Below are positions 1 through 8,339 of a DNA stretch of 36,206 nucleotides, in pieces. Position 1 is the stretch's first letter. Every line of letters starts with the position of its first letter. The position numbers and the translations under genes were made by a program. The notes beneath the pieces were generated by a model. That model searched no databases, had not been told where the DNA came from, and worked only from the letters and a program-made list of their open reading frames with translations. This DNA is from a virus (Duplodnaviria > Caudoviricetes), in the IMG/VR virus record IMGVR_UViG_3300017702_000289, positions 1-36,206 of that record. One strand, written 5' to 3'.

Positions 1-5
1 AATAC

Positions 6-377
6 ATGGCACACTTTGCAGAATTAGACGAAAATAATATCGTACTACGAGTGATCAGGGTTTATGACGAACACGAGGCTGATGGCGAAAACTGGTGCCG
101 TAACTTTGCCGGTGGCCGGTGGAAACAAACCAGCTATAACACATCCGCCAACAAGCATGGCACGGGAAAATCCCCTCTGCGTAAAAACTATGCTGGGGTC
201 GGCTTTCGTTACGACACCCAGCTGGACGCCTTTATTCCGCCAAAGCCATATGACTCTTGGTCACTGGACGAAGGCACCTGCCGCTGGGAGGCACCTGTGC
301 CTTATCCAGAGGATGCGGACCCCACAATTTGTTATATGTGGGACGAGGACAATATACAGTGGGTCAGGGCAGGTTAG
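6..377 (+). CDS. conserved small phage protein, tail-fibre associated (MAHFAELDENN family)
   Basis: N-terminus MAHFAELDENNIVLRV plus WKQTSYN, RKNYAG.G..YD...DAFIPPKPY.SW and WEAPVPYP motifs, recognised from aquatic phage proteins that follow tail-fibre genes. Confidence 0.7.
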   Translation: MAHFAELDENNIVLRVIRVYDEHEADGENWCRNFAGGRWKQTSYNTSANKHGTGKSPLRKNYAGVGFRYDTQLDAFIPPKPYDSWSLDEGTCRWEAPVPYPEDADPTICYMWDEDNIQWVRAG

Positions 378-382
378 CCGCG

Positions 383-547
383 ATGACCGAGCCAAAGCAC
401 GCGGCCGATGCAGTCGCTGGCATCACTGGTGTAGGCGCGTGGCTTGAGGTTGTGCCGCTGCCGGAACTGGCGGCACTGGCGACGCTTTGCTGGTACGGAG
501 CGCGCTTCGCGAGCTGGGCAATCAAGCGATGGCGCGAGCGCTCCTAA
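383..547 (+). CDS. small membrane protein, holin-like (54 aa)
   Basis: ATG at 383 in the frame of track ORF 257..547; hydrophobic core and basic C-terminus (IKRWRERS); lies in the lysis cluster. Confidence 0.5.
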   Translation: MTEPKHAADAVAGITGVGAWLEVVPLPELAALATLCWYGARFASWAIKRWRERS

Positions 548-840
548 TCTTCGTAATCGCCGCCATCATGGCGGCATTTGTGTTCGCGCAGTTCGACGTG
601 CTTGGTCAAGCAGCCTGTGGGGAATACAAGGCGGTGCGAGACAGGTTGGAAACGAAATATGACGAGCGTGTCACCGGGCGCGGTCTAGACGGCATGGGCC
701 GCATGGTTGAATTGCTAACCGGGCCAGCAGGATGGACGCTTTTGTTGATAACGCCGAATGGGATGGCCTGCGTCGCGGCGACCGGCGAAAAGGGTACGCA
801 GTGGGAAGTTTTGGCCCCCGGCAACGCTGTCAATAAATAA
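529..840 (+). CDS. secreted/periplasmic protein with signal peptide and two Cys
   Basis: MARALLIFVIAAIMAAFVFA signal-like segment; C...L..KY.E...G.G....VEL.....WTLL.T.P.G.AC pattern resembles a conserved alphaproteobacterial hypothetical family. Confidence 0.6.
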   Translation: MARALLIFVIAAIMAAFVFAQFDVLGQAACGEYKAVRDRLETKYDERVTGRGLDGMGRMVELLTGPAGWTLLLITPNGMACVAATGEKGTQWEVLAPGNAVNK

Positions 841-852
841 ACAGGATGACTG

Positions 853-1158
853 ATGGAACAGGACCTATTCTTTAATCTCGTTACCGACTGGCGGTTCGTC
901 GCCGCGATCGTTGGTGTTGCTGTGGCGATCGGGGAGGCGCGTGTGCGCCTCCAAAGACTGATCGAGATACACAAGCCGGAAGTCATGATAGCGGAAGCGG
1001 AGGATCGCGGCCGAGTTCGTGCTGACTTTATAACAGCACAGCAAGACATTATCCGACTGGAGAAGTCCTATCAGACCCTTGAGAAAAAGACACGAACAGA
1101 TCTGAAAGAGATCCACGCAAAAATCGAAAGGAACTTAGGTGATGGAACAGGCAATTGA
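853..1158 (+). CDS. single-TM protein with C-terminal coiled coil
   Basis: AGGA RBS; FVAAIVGVAVAIG transmembrane segment followed by a heptad-rich tail. Confidence 0.6.
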   Translation: MEQDLFFNLVTDWRFVAAIVGVAVAIGEARVRLQRLIEIHKPEVMIAEAEDRGRVRADFITAQQDIIRLEKSYQTLEKKTRTDLKEIHAKIERNLGDGTGN

Positions 1159-1249
1159 GATTATCGCTGGCATCGTTATCGTCGGCGCTGGCGGCTGGTT
1201 CTGCTACAAATTTATATGGCCCAGCCTGAAGAAAAGGATCGATCGATGA
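1142..1249 (+). CDS. 35-aa single-TM peptide (not in ORF track)
   Basis: MEQAIEIIAGIVIVGAGGWFCYKFIWPSLKKRIDR; its TGA overlaps the holin ATG (ATGA at 1246-1249). Confidence 0.6.
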   Translation: MEQAIEIIAGIVIVGAGGWFCYKFIWPSLKKRIDR

Positions 1250-1668
1250 TTGGCGCTATCCTTAGTGCGCTCTCACCTGTCGCTACATCCTTAATCGATA
1301 ATCTGTTCGAGACAGAGGAAGAGAAAGCAGCAGCTCGAGCGAAGCTGATGAAGGCAGAGAGCGACGGCAAGCTAAAGGAAATAGAAGTTCACATGTCGGC
1401 GATCTTGGCCGAGGCCAAGGCGAATGACCCGTGGACCTCGCGGGCCAGGCCGACGTTTCTTTACGTTCTCTATGTCATGATCGTGTCGTCGATCCCGATG
1501 GGGTTTCTGTTCGCGTTCCAACCTGAGACGGCGCAGGCTGTCACTTTGGGTATGAGGGACTGGTTGGCTGCAATACCCGAACCGATGTGGGCACTGTTCG
1601 GTGCTGGCTACCTTGGGTATTCCGCTGCCCGATCTTGGGATAAGGCTAAAGCGCCTCGAATGCAATGA
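1246..1668 (+). CDS. holin of 3TM / GTA-release type (DUF3154-like)
   Basis: AEAKANDPWTSRARP and terminal LFGAGYLGYSAARSWDK motifs; start moved to 1246 because of the ATGA coupling. Confidence 0.85.
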   Translation: MIGAILSALSPVATSLIDNLFETEEEKAAARAKLMKAESDGKLKEIEVHMSAILAEAKANDPWTSRARPTFLYVLYVMIVSSIPMGFLFAFQPETAQAVTLGMRDWLAAIPEPMWALFGAGYLGYSAARSWDKAKAPRMQ

Positions 1669-1701
1669 GCGAAACAGCCACCACCTCGACAAGAGCAAAT
1701 T

Positions 1702-1887
1702 TCATTGGATCAACACCTTCCCGCTGAACACCTTTTTTCGGTTTAACAAATCGCCATAGGCTTCAGCTTCCGCCCGGCTGGCGAACGGCCCGAAATGGAC
1801 CGTTAGAAGACAAGCTTCGGTATCGGTTAACTCGCCGATTTCCATCCAATACGACCGGCCACCGGTGCCGCCTCCATCGTTATTCAT
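1702..1887 (-). CDS. small hypothetical protein (SPOR-like GPF.SR.EA motif)
   Basis: MNNDGG...HFGPFASRAEAEAYG; last gene of the leftward arm. Confidence 0.45.
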   Translation of the reverse strand: MNNDGGGTGGRSYWMEIGELTDTEACLLTVHFGPFASRAEAEAYGDLLNRKKVFSGKVLIQ

Positions 1888-1913
1888 TGGTCTTTTTTTC
1901 GAAGCCAATCTAC

Positions 1914-2093
1914 TCAACCTATTTTGCACTTGGGTTGTAAACCCAGGTTTTTGACGTGGCCTTGGAGCCAGTCTTCAAAATATTTTTTTACATCTTGGCG
2001 CACTGCATGGAAATCGGCTTGGGGGTGCAGTCCGTGTTTCGCTATCCAGGCGTCTTTGTCGATTTCGACGATTTGTGTGATTTTAACGATCAT
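1914..2093 (-). CDS. hypothetical protein, 59 aa (not in ORF track)
   Basis: MIVKITQIVEIDKDAWIAKHG...; purine-rich AAAGGGGA RBS; fills the gap between neighbouring genes. Confidence 0.6.
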   Translation of the reverse strand: MIVKITQIVEIDKDAWIAKHGLHPQADFHAVRQDVKKYFEDWLQGHVKNLGLQPKCKIG

Positions 2094-2136
2094 TTTTTCC
2101 CCTTTCTTTAGCTTCGCCCAGGATTGCGCTTACGGG

Positions 2137-2391
2137 CTACGCCTTTCGTCGCCACGTGAATCTCCACCGATCCGTGCTTTGATCGAAAAGCACTGCCGCC
2201 TCGACAAAGCTTTCGAACGGCATGTTGATGCGACCATGCTTCGCACACGTTGCGTTTGTGTGGCGCACGCACGGCATCATGTCGTATATTTTCACCGATT
2301 CATCGGGTTTCACGAATCGCCCGCAATCCGGGCACACGCGGATGAAACACGCGTCGCCGTACAGGGTTCGCGGGCTTTCGTCGTAATCCAT
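2137..2391 (-). CDS. small Zn-finger-like protein
   Basis: CPDCG and C..HG motifs; tightly packed with neighbours. Confidence 0.55.
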   Translation of the reverse strand: MDYDESPRTLYGDACFIRVCPDCGRFVKPDESVKIYDMMPCVRHTNATCAKHGRINMPFESFVEAAVLFDQSTDRWRFTWRRKA

Positions 2392-2392
2392 C

Positions 2393-2575
2393 TCACTCTC
2401 CTATCTGGCCGCCCTTTTTTATTGGGTCGGGTCGGGCCTCGAGGCGTTCGTTCGATTTGGGAGAAATCGGCTCGATCTGCCCGCGTGCGATCAGCGCGCG
2501 ATGGAATGTTACCAATCGCATCGTAATCGCTGAATCGACGCGGGGGGCGAGTAGCCGCCAGATCCAATTCATCAT
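2393..2575 (-). CDS. hypothetical protein
   Basis: 60-aa ORF with 1-3 nt gaps to neighbours. Confidence 0.45.
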   Translation of the reverse strand: MMNWIWRLLAPRVDSAITMRLVTFHRALIARGQIEPISPKSNERLEARPDPIKKGGQIGE

Positions 2576-2578
2576 GGG

Positions 2579-2776
2579 CTAATCGCCAATATCATCGATC
2601 CCCGCTGTTTTCATGGTCCGACGGTGCGCCTCGTAGACGGCCCCCTTAGCGGCCCCCCAAATAGTGCCTGTCCATAGCGCCAACAGCGCCTCCCGCAGCC
2701 GGTCTATCTCGCGCTGTTGTGCTTCGATGAGGAAAAGCGAATCGCGCAAGGCGTTCGTGGTTTCATAGTCACTCAT
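2579..2776 (-). CDS. hypothetical coiled-coil protein
   Basis: EAQQREIDRLREAL heptads; AAGGT RBS upstream. Confidence 0.6.
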   Translation of the reverse strand: MSDYETTNALRDSLFLIEAQQREIDRLREALLALWTGTIWGAAKGAVYEAHRRTMKTAGIDDIGD

Positions 2777-2792
2777 TGGATTAACACCTTAC

Positions 2793-2951
2793 CTAATCGA
2801 TTTTGGCCCATTTCCGCCGCATGCGGTCGAGCGATTTTTTAAACGCCGCCACTTGCGGCTTCGGTACCCAGACACACACCTTCTGATGGGTCTGCTTCTT
2901 CTTAATATGATACCGAGCTTGGTTGTCTGCGTGGTTTGGTTGGCGTGCCAT
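2793..2951 (-). CDS. 52-aa basic protein, possibly DNA-binding (not in ORF track)
   Basis: MARQPNHADNQARYHIKKKQTHQKVCVWVPKPQVAAFKKSLDRMRRKWAKID; GAGGAGGAG RBS; overlaps the end of the upstream gene. Confidence 0.6.
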   Translation of the reverse strand: MARQPNHADNQARYHIKKKQTHQKVCVWVPKPQVAAFKKSLDRMRRKWAKID

Positions 2952-3225
2952 CCCGTTTCTCCTCCTCATCATTGATCATACAAATCACACGCGCGTATCC
3001 TGCTATATCAAGCGCGCTGTCAAAATGGTCCGGCGTTTCGCACAGACGGGCCATCTTGCACGCCATCATCTCCAGCGCATGCCGCACCCCGTTATGGGGG
3101 CAGGAACTCATCGCCTTCTTCATGGTGTCGATGGTCGCGAAGTGATCGAGCGGGTTGCCGTACACCTTTCCACGATCCCGCGTCACCAGCCTGATTTGCC
3201 GGTCGAAGTTCATGGCCCTAGACAT
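2902..3225 (-). CDS. DUF6378-like protein
   Basis: RG..YG.P...F..I, M...KMAR and H.DS..DIAGYA motifs. Confidence 0.75.
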   Translation of the reverse strand: MSRAMNFDRQIRLVTRDRGKVYGNPLDHFATIDTMKKAMSSCPHNGVRHALEMMACKMARLCETPDHFDSALDIAGYARVICMINDEEEKRDGTPTKPRRQPSSVSY

Positions 3226-3505
3226 CTAGCTCTCCCTGAAGAGGGTAGCAAGAGGCCGCAACTACTCGTTGGTTCCGGCCAGAGTAACCGGGGCGACGCC
3301 GGCCCGTGTCTACGATCACGCCTTTATCCAACAATTTGCTGTAGCGTGCCGTGACACTAGAGTAAGCGAGGGCTGGGTGCTTATCCCTAACCTCGTCACT
3401 GATGCAGCCGTCGCTTCCAAAACCGTAGATGGTCTTGTAGACGAGCGCCTCTAGCCGCGTTGTATCGATGCTGTCGTATGCTTCTTGAGACGTATCGCTT
3501 ACCAT
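3218..3505 (-). CDS. winged-helix DNA-binding protein
   Basis: TS.EAY start, SSVTARYSKLLDKGVIVDTGRRR..SGRNQ.V helix and wing; AGGAG RBS supports the start at 3505. Confidence 0.7.
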   Translation of the reverse strand: MVSDTSQEAYDSIDTTRLEALVYKTIYGFGSDGCISDEVRDKHPALAYSSVTARYSKLLDKGVIVDTGRRRPGYSGRNQRVVAASCYPLQGELDV

Positions 3506-3515
3506 AATTTTTCTC

Positions 3516-5327
3516 CTATCCAAGTTCGGCCCAGTTCGGACCAATGCCGCCCTCGACAAGATTGTCGACAGGCGCGTCGGGGAACATGTCGAGGTATCCC
3601 TTGACCATGTCCTGTTCCATGATGGCGAGGCACCGCTTCGTGTCTTTAACGGCGGCCTCGTCGATCAGAGCATCGTGGATGGTGGACAGCATGCGGGTCA
3701 TCCGCTGCCTGCCCCTAGCCCGCTCGACATCGAGCGAGTTCTTATGCCGGGTGATGGCGCGTGCCATGATCGACAGCGCCGCCCGTTGTACCGGGTAGTT
3801 GGCGCACTTCGGCATGTCCGGCCTCTTGCCCATATAGATGGTGCCGCCGTCGATCATCCTGATGTTCTTCGTTTTGGCGACCTCGTCCATGATGTCGTAT
3901 CGAAACTTGAACGCGTTGCTGTACCGCTGCTCCCAAAAATCGATGTACCCCTGCGCCGTGTCTATCGAGCAGCGCATGGTCGCGGACAGGCCGGTCGCTG
4001 CTGACCCATAGATTATGCCAAACGACACGCCCTTGGCCGCCTGACGCGCCTCCTTGCCGGCCTTGGTCGCCTTGTCGATCTTGTGGCCGGCGATAACGGC
4101 GGCGACCTCTGAATGGACGTCTCCCCCGACCATGTCCTGCAGGAGCTGCTCGTCGCCGGACAGGAGCGCCAGCACGCGCAGCTCGATGCCAGAGTAGTCG
4201 AGGGAGACTAGCCGCCGGCCCATGCCCGCAACAAACGACCGGCGGACCGATGTCGCCTCCCCTAACAATTCCCGGTCGCGCGGTATCTGTTGCAGGTTGG
4301 GGCCGGAGCATGAGAACCGGCACGTCTTGGCTGCGCCGATGTTGAACCTCGCGCGGACCCGCTTGTCCCTCGATAGGACCGCCTTGGCGAGGAGAAGATC
4401 TCCGAAACTGGAGAGATATTTGCTGATCGTTTTATATTCGCAGAGCGTGTCGAGGAACACGACCAGTGGGTTCGACCCGTTGACCGCCATGGCACCGGCG
4501 AGTCTCTTGAGGGTGTCGTTCGCCATGGACAGCTGCCCGGTCTTCTCGGTCCGAGGCCACGCATCCAGCACGTGGTCCGGCATGTTCAGAGCGAAGTAAT
4601 CGGACCATTGGCTGCCGGAGTTTATGTTGGCGACCTCGTCTGGCCCGACCATCTCTCTGATGCTCTTGACGCGGTCGGCCTTCTGCTTGGTCCACAGGTC
4701 GATCAGCTTCTTATGATGAACGGGATCGAGCAACATGCCGGCCTGTTCCATCTCGGCGACGGCGGGGACCATGTCGTTGAGCATTTTAAACCCCATCCAG
4801 CGACCGGGATCGGCCTGCTCCGCCCAATATTTCCAGAGCGCCCACGTCCAGTGCGCGTCGCTGTAGGCGTAGTCGAGCTGCTTCTTGGAAAGTCTCTTGG
4901 CACCCCAGTCGCTGACCTGCTCCTCTTTGTCCATCTGGTGATCCAAGTCCCACGCCAGCACCTGCTTGAGCGAGTAGCCGCCGCCGCCGAGGATGGCGCG
5001 GCGCAGGTTGCCGACATCGAGGCAATTGATATTGACGCCAGCGTCGGCGAAGAACGAGTTCTCGAATGAGGCGTTGAACACGACCCACTGGCCGTCTTTG
5101 AATAAATGGGCAACCCGCCGGAAGCCTCCGGGGAACTTGTCGAAGTCAATCAGGTAGCGGCATTTGTCGTTGCACAGGGTGACCAGACGGGCGCGGCACT
5201 CCTTGGCAACGAGGCCGGTCGTCTCGAAGTCCAGCGCGGTCAGCCCTGTCTTGATGCACCGCTTGATGGCGCGCTCCATGGAGGCCTCTGTTGACACTCT
5301 GGTGTATTTCAATGAAGATGGTTCCAT
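3516..5327 (-). CDS. family A DNA polymerase with 3'-5' exonuclease
   Basis: Exo I LDFETTG, Exo III YAYSDA, PNLQQIPR, motif A DYSGIELR, motif B RQAAKGVSFGIIYG, motif C TIHDA. Confidence 0.95.
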   Translation of the reverse strand: MEPSSLKYTRVSTEASMERAIKRCIKTGLTALDFETTGLVAKECRARLVTLCNDKCRYLIDFDKFPGGFRRVAHLFKDGQWVVFNASFENSFFADAGVNINCLDVGNLRRAILGGGGYSLKQVLAWDLDHQMDKEEQVSDWGAKRLSKKQLDYAYSDAHWTWALWKYWAEQADPGRWMGFKMLNDMVPAVAEMEQAGMLLDPVHHKKLIDLWTKQKADRVKSIREMVGPDEVANINSGSQWSDYFALNMPDHVLDAWPRTEKTGQLSMANDTLKRLAGAMAVNGSNPLVVFLDTLCEYKTISKYLSSFGDLLLAKAVLSRDKRVRARFNIGAAKTCRFSCSGPNLQQIPRDRELLGEATSVRRSFVAGMGRRLVSLDYSGIELRVLALLSGDEQLLQDMVGGDVHSEVAAVIAGHKIDKATKAGKEARQAAKGVSFGIIYGSAATGLSATMRCSIDTAQGYIDFWEQRYSNAFKFRYDIMDEVAKTKNIRMIDGGTIYMGKRPDMPKCANYPVQRAALSIMARAITRHKNSLDVERARGRQRMTRMLSTIHDALIDEAAVKDTKRCLAIMEQDMVKGYLDMFPDAPVDNLVEGGIGPNWAELG

Positions 5328-5385
5328 AGCTTCAGATTAACCTCCTGTGGCTAACGAAAATGCAACGTCCTCAAGCAGCTAAATC

Positions 5386-5415
5386 TAGGCCCGGCCCCGC
5401 AAGGAGCCGGGCCTA
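5386..5415 (-). terminator. stem-loop after the SSB-like gene (terminator or processing site)
   Basis: TAGGCCCGGC...GCCGGGCCTA perfect 10-bp inverted repeat with an extendable inner stem; only a short T tract follows. Confidence 0.65.
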
Positions 5416-5423
5416 AACTTTAG

Positions 5424-6137
5424 CTATTTGCGCTTCTTCTTCGCAGCTGCTTTTTTGCGCTTCTTCTTCGGCGTGTGACCATCGATCAGGTCTGCCTTGG
5501 ACATCTCACCGGCCAAGAACGCCGCTGCGCTTTCGCGGCTGACCCATGCCTCGACGTCTAGTAGAGGCTTGTAGTTCTTGTTTCCCTGCGCTTCGAACTC
5601 GGTCGCCCCGAAATAAATCATCGGCATGTCGGGTTCCTCCGCCGCTGACCGGACACCGATCGCCTTCATCAGATCGCCGATCGAGTTCCGGCCCGACTTC
5701 GACGTCGAGCTGAACTTGACCTGCGCGAACGCATTGTCGCAGGTGAGCAGACCGAAGCCGAGGAGCTGCTGCCAGCCCTCGCCGCTGCTCTCGCGGTATG
5801 GCCCGTGGTCCTCTAGGCTGTCTTTGTGGACCGATTGCTCGGCACGCCGGAGGACCGACCACTCGATACGCGCGATCGGTTTGCTGTTCTTCCAGCAAAG
5901 CCAGCCCTCGATGAACGAGTGCGGCTCGACCAGATAGAGCTGATCAGGATCAATACCGGACTGGTCTCGACCGAGGCTGTACTCCCCGCTTTTGCCGGAG
6001 AACGACAAGTAATCGACGCTGCTGGCCCCCCCAGTCGTCGCCTCGTCGGCGGCCTCGTTGAGGGCGTTGGCCAACGCGTTGCCGTCAACCGCCGGCAGGT
6101 TGGCGTTGTCCAGATACGATGTTAAAGATTTTGCCAT
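5424..6137 (-). CDS. putative single-stranded DNA-binding protein
   Basis: YLSF.GK.G.Y..G, SF..GW.CW and Y.P.L.V..W motifs; lies between nuclease and polymerase where these phages usually carry an SSB. Confidence 0.55.
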   Translation of the reverse strand: MAKSLTSYLDNANLPAVDGNALANALNEAADEATTGGASSVDYLSFSGKSGEYSLGRDQSGIDPDQLYLVEPHSFIEGWLCWKNSKPIARIEWSVLRRAEQSVHKDSLEDHGPYRESSGEGWQQLLGFGLLTCDNAFAQVKFSSTSKSGRNSIGDLMKAIGVRSAAEEPDMPMIYFGATEFEAQGNKNYKPLLDVEAWVSRESAAAFLAGEMSKADLIDGHTPKKKRKKAAAKKKRK

Positions 6138-6176
6138 CTCACTATTTCCTCATTTTGTCACGTTGCAATGTGGGCG

Positions 6177-7163
6177 CTACGCCCGATCAACCAACAACCG
6201 CTCTGACGGGTTGCCGGTTGTCTCAAATGGCGACAGGTCAATGCCTGCCGCCTTCACGGCCTTCCTGTCGAGGGAGGCGCGTCCCTTGGTGACCGACAGC
6301 GTCACGTTGATGCCGCCGACGACCGCCTTATTCGTTCCTCGCTGTCTGAGGCCGCGCTTGATGTCCTCGGACAGACCGGCCTTTTCTGTTTTGATGGCGT
6401 CCTCCAAATCCTTCAGCTCCATGTAGCGGAGGGCAGCGACGTCGAAATTGCTGCTTCGGTTGGCCCGCTTCGGTTGGCCCGCTTCTAGATGCACGCCGCA
6501 CGTCTCCCTGAAGGGGCACATTTTGCACTCGTTGCCGCCGTCTCGCCTGCCTTCTCGGTCGAGATTGCGCACGTCTTTCGTGCGTAGGATTTTAGACGAG
6601 CGCCGCGCCATTTTATCGAGGATCGCTCGGTTGCGCGGCACGGGCACCTCGATCAGATCGTGATAGTTCGACGCGTCCATGTAGATCAGCACGCCGGAGA
6701 GGCCGACGCCGTCGGGGCGGTCGATGTGCTGGTCGATCATCTCCATGGCGATCTCCAACTGCGCGACGTGGCCTACCCTCGGCAAGTTCGACTTGTTGGT
6801 GCGGGGGTCGATGGTCTTGAACTCCGGCACGATCCACTCGTCGTCGTACTCGATGACGCCGTCGGGCGTCGAGCTGATCTTGCGCTTCTCATCTTGTAGG
6901 CTGAGCTGGTACTTTCCGGTGTAGCGCAGCGGCACGTTGGCGGCCAGCAGACTGTCGACGAGGAACTTCTCACCGTGCGTGCCGCGCCGGGCGAAGCCCC
7001 AGTCCTGCGGCTCCTCCTTAGCTCCATGCTTCTGATACCACTGGCGGCGTATGCAGCTCAATGCCTCAGACGAGTTGAGGTATTTGTTGCGTTTCCTCGG
7101 GTCGAAGCGTCCAGCGTCGTTGGTGTCTGATCCGATGATCAGTTTCTCCGTAAGAGTTCTCAT
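6177..7163 (-). CDS. Cas4-like PD-(D/E)XK exonuclease
   Basis: N-terminal C.RR.WY, TPDG...EFKT, Q-x3 motif, C-terminal CKMCPF...C (4-Cys Fe-S staple); GAGGAGGAGG RBS gives the start at 7163. Confidence 0.85.
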   Translation of the reverse strand: MRTLTEKLIIGSDTNDAGRFDPRKRNKYLNSSEALSCIRRQWYQKHGAKEEPQDWGFARRGTHGEKFLVDSLLAANVPLRYTGKYQLSLQDEKRKISSTPDGVIEYDDEWIVPEFKTIDPRTNKSNLPRVGHVAQLEIAMEMIDQHIDRPDGVGLSGVLIYMDASNYHDLIEVPVPRNRAILDKMARRSSKILRTKDVRNLDREGRRDGGNECKMCPFRETCGVHLEAGQPKRANRSSNFDVAALRYMELKDLEDAIKTEKAGLSEDIKRGLRQRGTNKAVVGGINVTLSVTKGRASLDRKAVKAAGIDLSPFETTGNPSERLLVDRA

Positions 7164-7342
7164 CGATTCCTCCTCCTCGCGTTGGTTAGGCCCTGTTGCA
7201 GATGGTCGACTAAAATCTGGAGGTACTCGACGTCGAGCGGTCGATCCTCCGTTGCCATGCTCATCATCACCAGCACGCGGCGGAGAGCACGGTCCATCTC
7301 CGAAGGCGGGGTCGTGTCCCAGCGGAACGTCGGGATACTCAC
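7160..7342 (-). CDS. hypothetical protein
   Basis: GTGA overlap with the upstream stop and ATGA overlap with the nuclease start. Confidence 0.55.
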   Translation of the reverse strand: MSIPTFRWDTTPPSEMDRALRRVLVMMSMATEDRPLDVEYLQILVDHLQQGLTNARRRNR

Positions 7343-7668
7343 AGGGAATAATCCTGCCGCCAGCACAAGCGCCAGAAGAGAGGCCGGTATTCTTTGTGCA
7401 CAACCTCGACGGCCTCGTTGATGCAGTTATCGAGGTGCTGGCTGTCGAGAGGGGTCAGCATGACCGGCGGGCTGGCCTGTCGTTCCATGCACTGGCCGAG
7501 GAGCCTCTTGAGCCGGCCGATGGCGCATTGCGGGCACACGCTGCTGGCTGCCTCGGCGTCTCCCTTCACCACCATACGCCTATGCCCGTCTGGGCACGTT
7601 ACCAGCCAGACATCGACCAGCCCGCCCTCTAAGCTATCGTCGGCTTTTGTTGTTCTAATCATTTTCAT
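7339..7668 (-). CDS. hypothetical protein with Cys/His motifs
   Basis: CPDGH and CPQC; AAGGT RBS. Confidence 0.5.
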   Translation of the reverse strand: MKMIRTTKADDSLEGGLVDVWLVTCPDGHRRMVVKGDAEAASSVCPQCAIGRLKRLLGQCMERQASPPVMLTPLDSQHLDNCINEAVEVVHKEYRPLFWRLCWRQDYSL

Positions 7669-7697
7669 GCACCTTCGTAATATTAAGCCAAAAAAGC

Positions 7698-8339
7698 TCA
7701 GCCGCCGTCTAATGGCAACCGTATTTGGCTTGGCGAATCGAGCGCAAGATTTGAAGGCTGACGACGAGTTTCAACTGAGCCACCATCAAATAGTCCCTCC
7801 TGATTGCCCCAAGTGTCCCAGCCCTCTCGCGTCTCGCGCGCAAAAAGTTCTATGTACGGCCCTTCTGCAAGGCGCTCTATTCGATTGTACACCTCAACGG
7901 GCTTACGACTGTGCTCCCGGCGTCGATCGATCAATAATCGCCTAACATCACGCGCCAAGCGTTTGGGCTTCCCCTTGGTCGCCAAAAGACACTGTTCTAC
8001 GTTTGCTCTGGTCCAATAGCCTAGGCCGCAGAAAAAGTCCTTCTCGGAAAGGGAATCAACGTCGACATTCTTATTTGTTTTTGCCCAATAAAACCCAACA
8101 GTCTTATAACTAAATCCCCACGCTTTTATCACATCAATTGCAGACGGCAACAATGGATCTGTCGCCCATAGAAATAATATACAATCTTTATCCGCAATTT
8201 CATTTACAGGAAGATTACATATTGCTTCAATCGTCATGCAATCATAGTGCGAAACTGCATTTCTACCCTCCCCCTTCTTGCTGAAATTCTTAAAGTACCA
8301 AGGGGGATCGGCATAAATCACCGAGTATTTTTTACTCAT
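7698..8339 (-). CDS. MT-A70 family N6-adenine methyltransferase
   Basis: IYADPPW, LFLWAT, WGF.YKT, G.GYWTR.N.E, HSRKP, IELFAR, GWD.WGNQ. Confidence 0.95.
   Translation of the reverse strand: MSKKYSVIYADPPWYFKNFSKKGEGRNAVSHYDCMTIEAICNLPVNEIADKDCILFLWATDPLLPSAIDVIKAWGFSYKTVGFYWAKTNKNVDVDSLSEKDFFCGLGYWTRANVEQCLLATKGKPKRLARDVRRLLIDRRREHSRKPVEVYNRIERLAEGPYIELFARETREGWDTWGNQEGLFDGGSVETRRQPSNLALDSPSQIRLPLDGG

Noticed and set aside
1924-2526. 200-aa + strand ORF
   Set aside because: Overlaps tightly packed minus-strand genes that have RBSs; no motif
6177-7163. Cas4-like gene as part of a CRISPR-Cas locus
   Set aside because: No repeat-spacer array or other cas genes seen; solo Cas4-like nucleases are usual in phage replication modules
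7164-7403. N-terminal extension of the nuclease in the ORF track (likewise upstream starts at 1216, 3559, 10216, 12066, 14663, 16306, 18864 and 28734)
   Set aside because: Extensions overlap real neighbouring genes or regulatory DNA; RBS and stop-start coupling support the downstream starts
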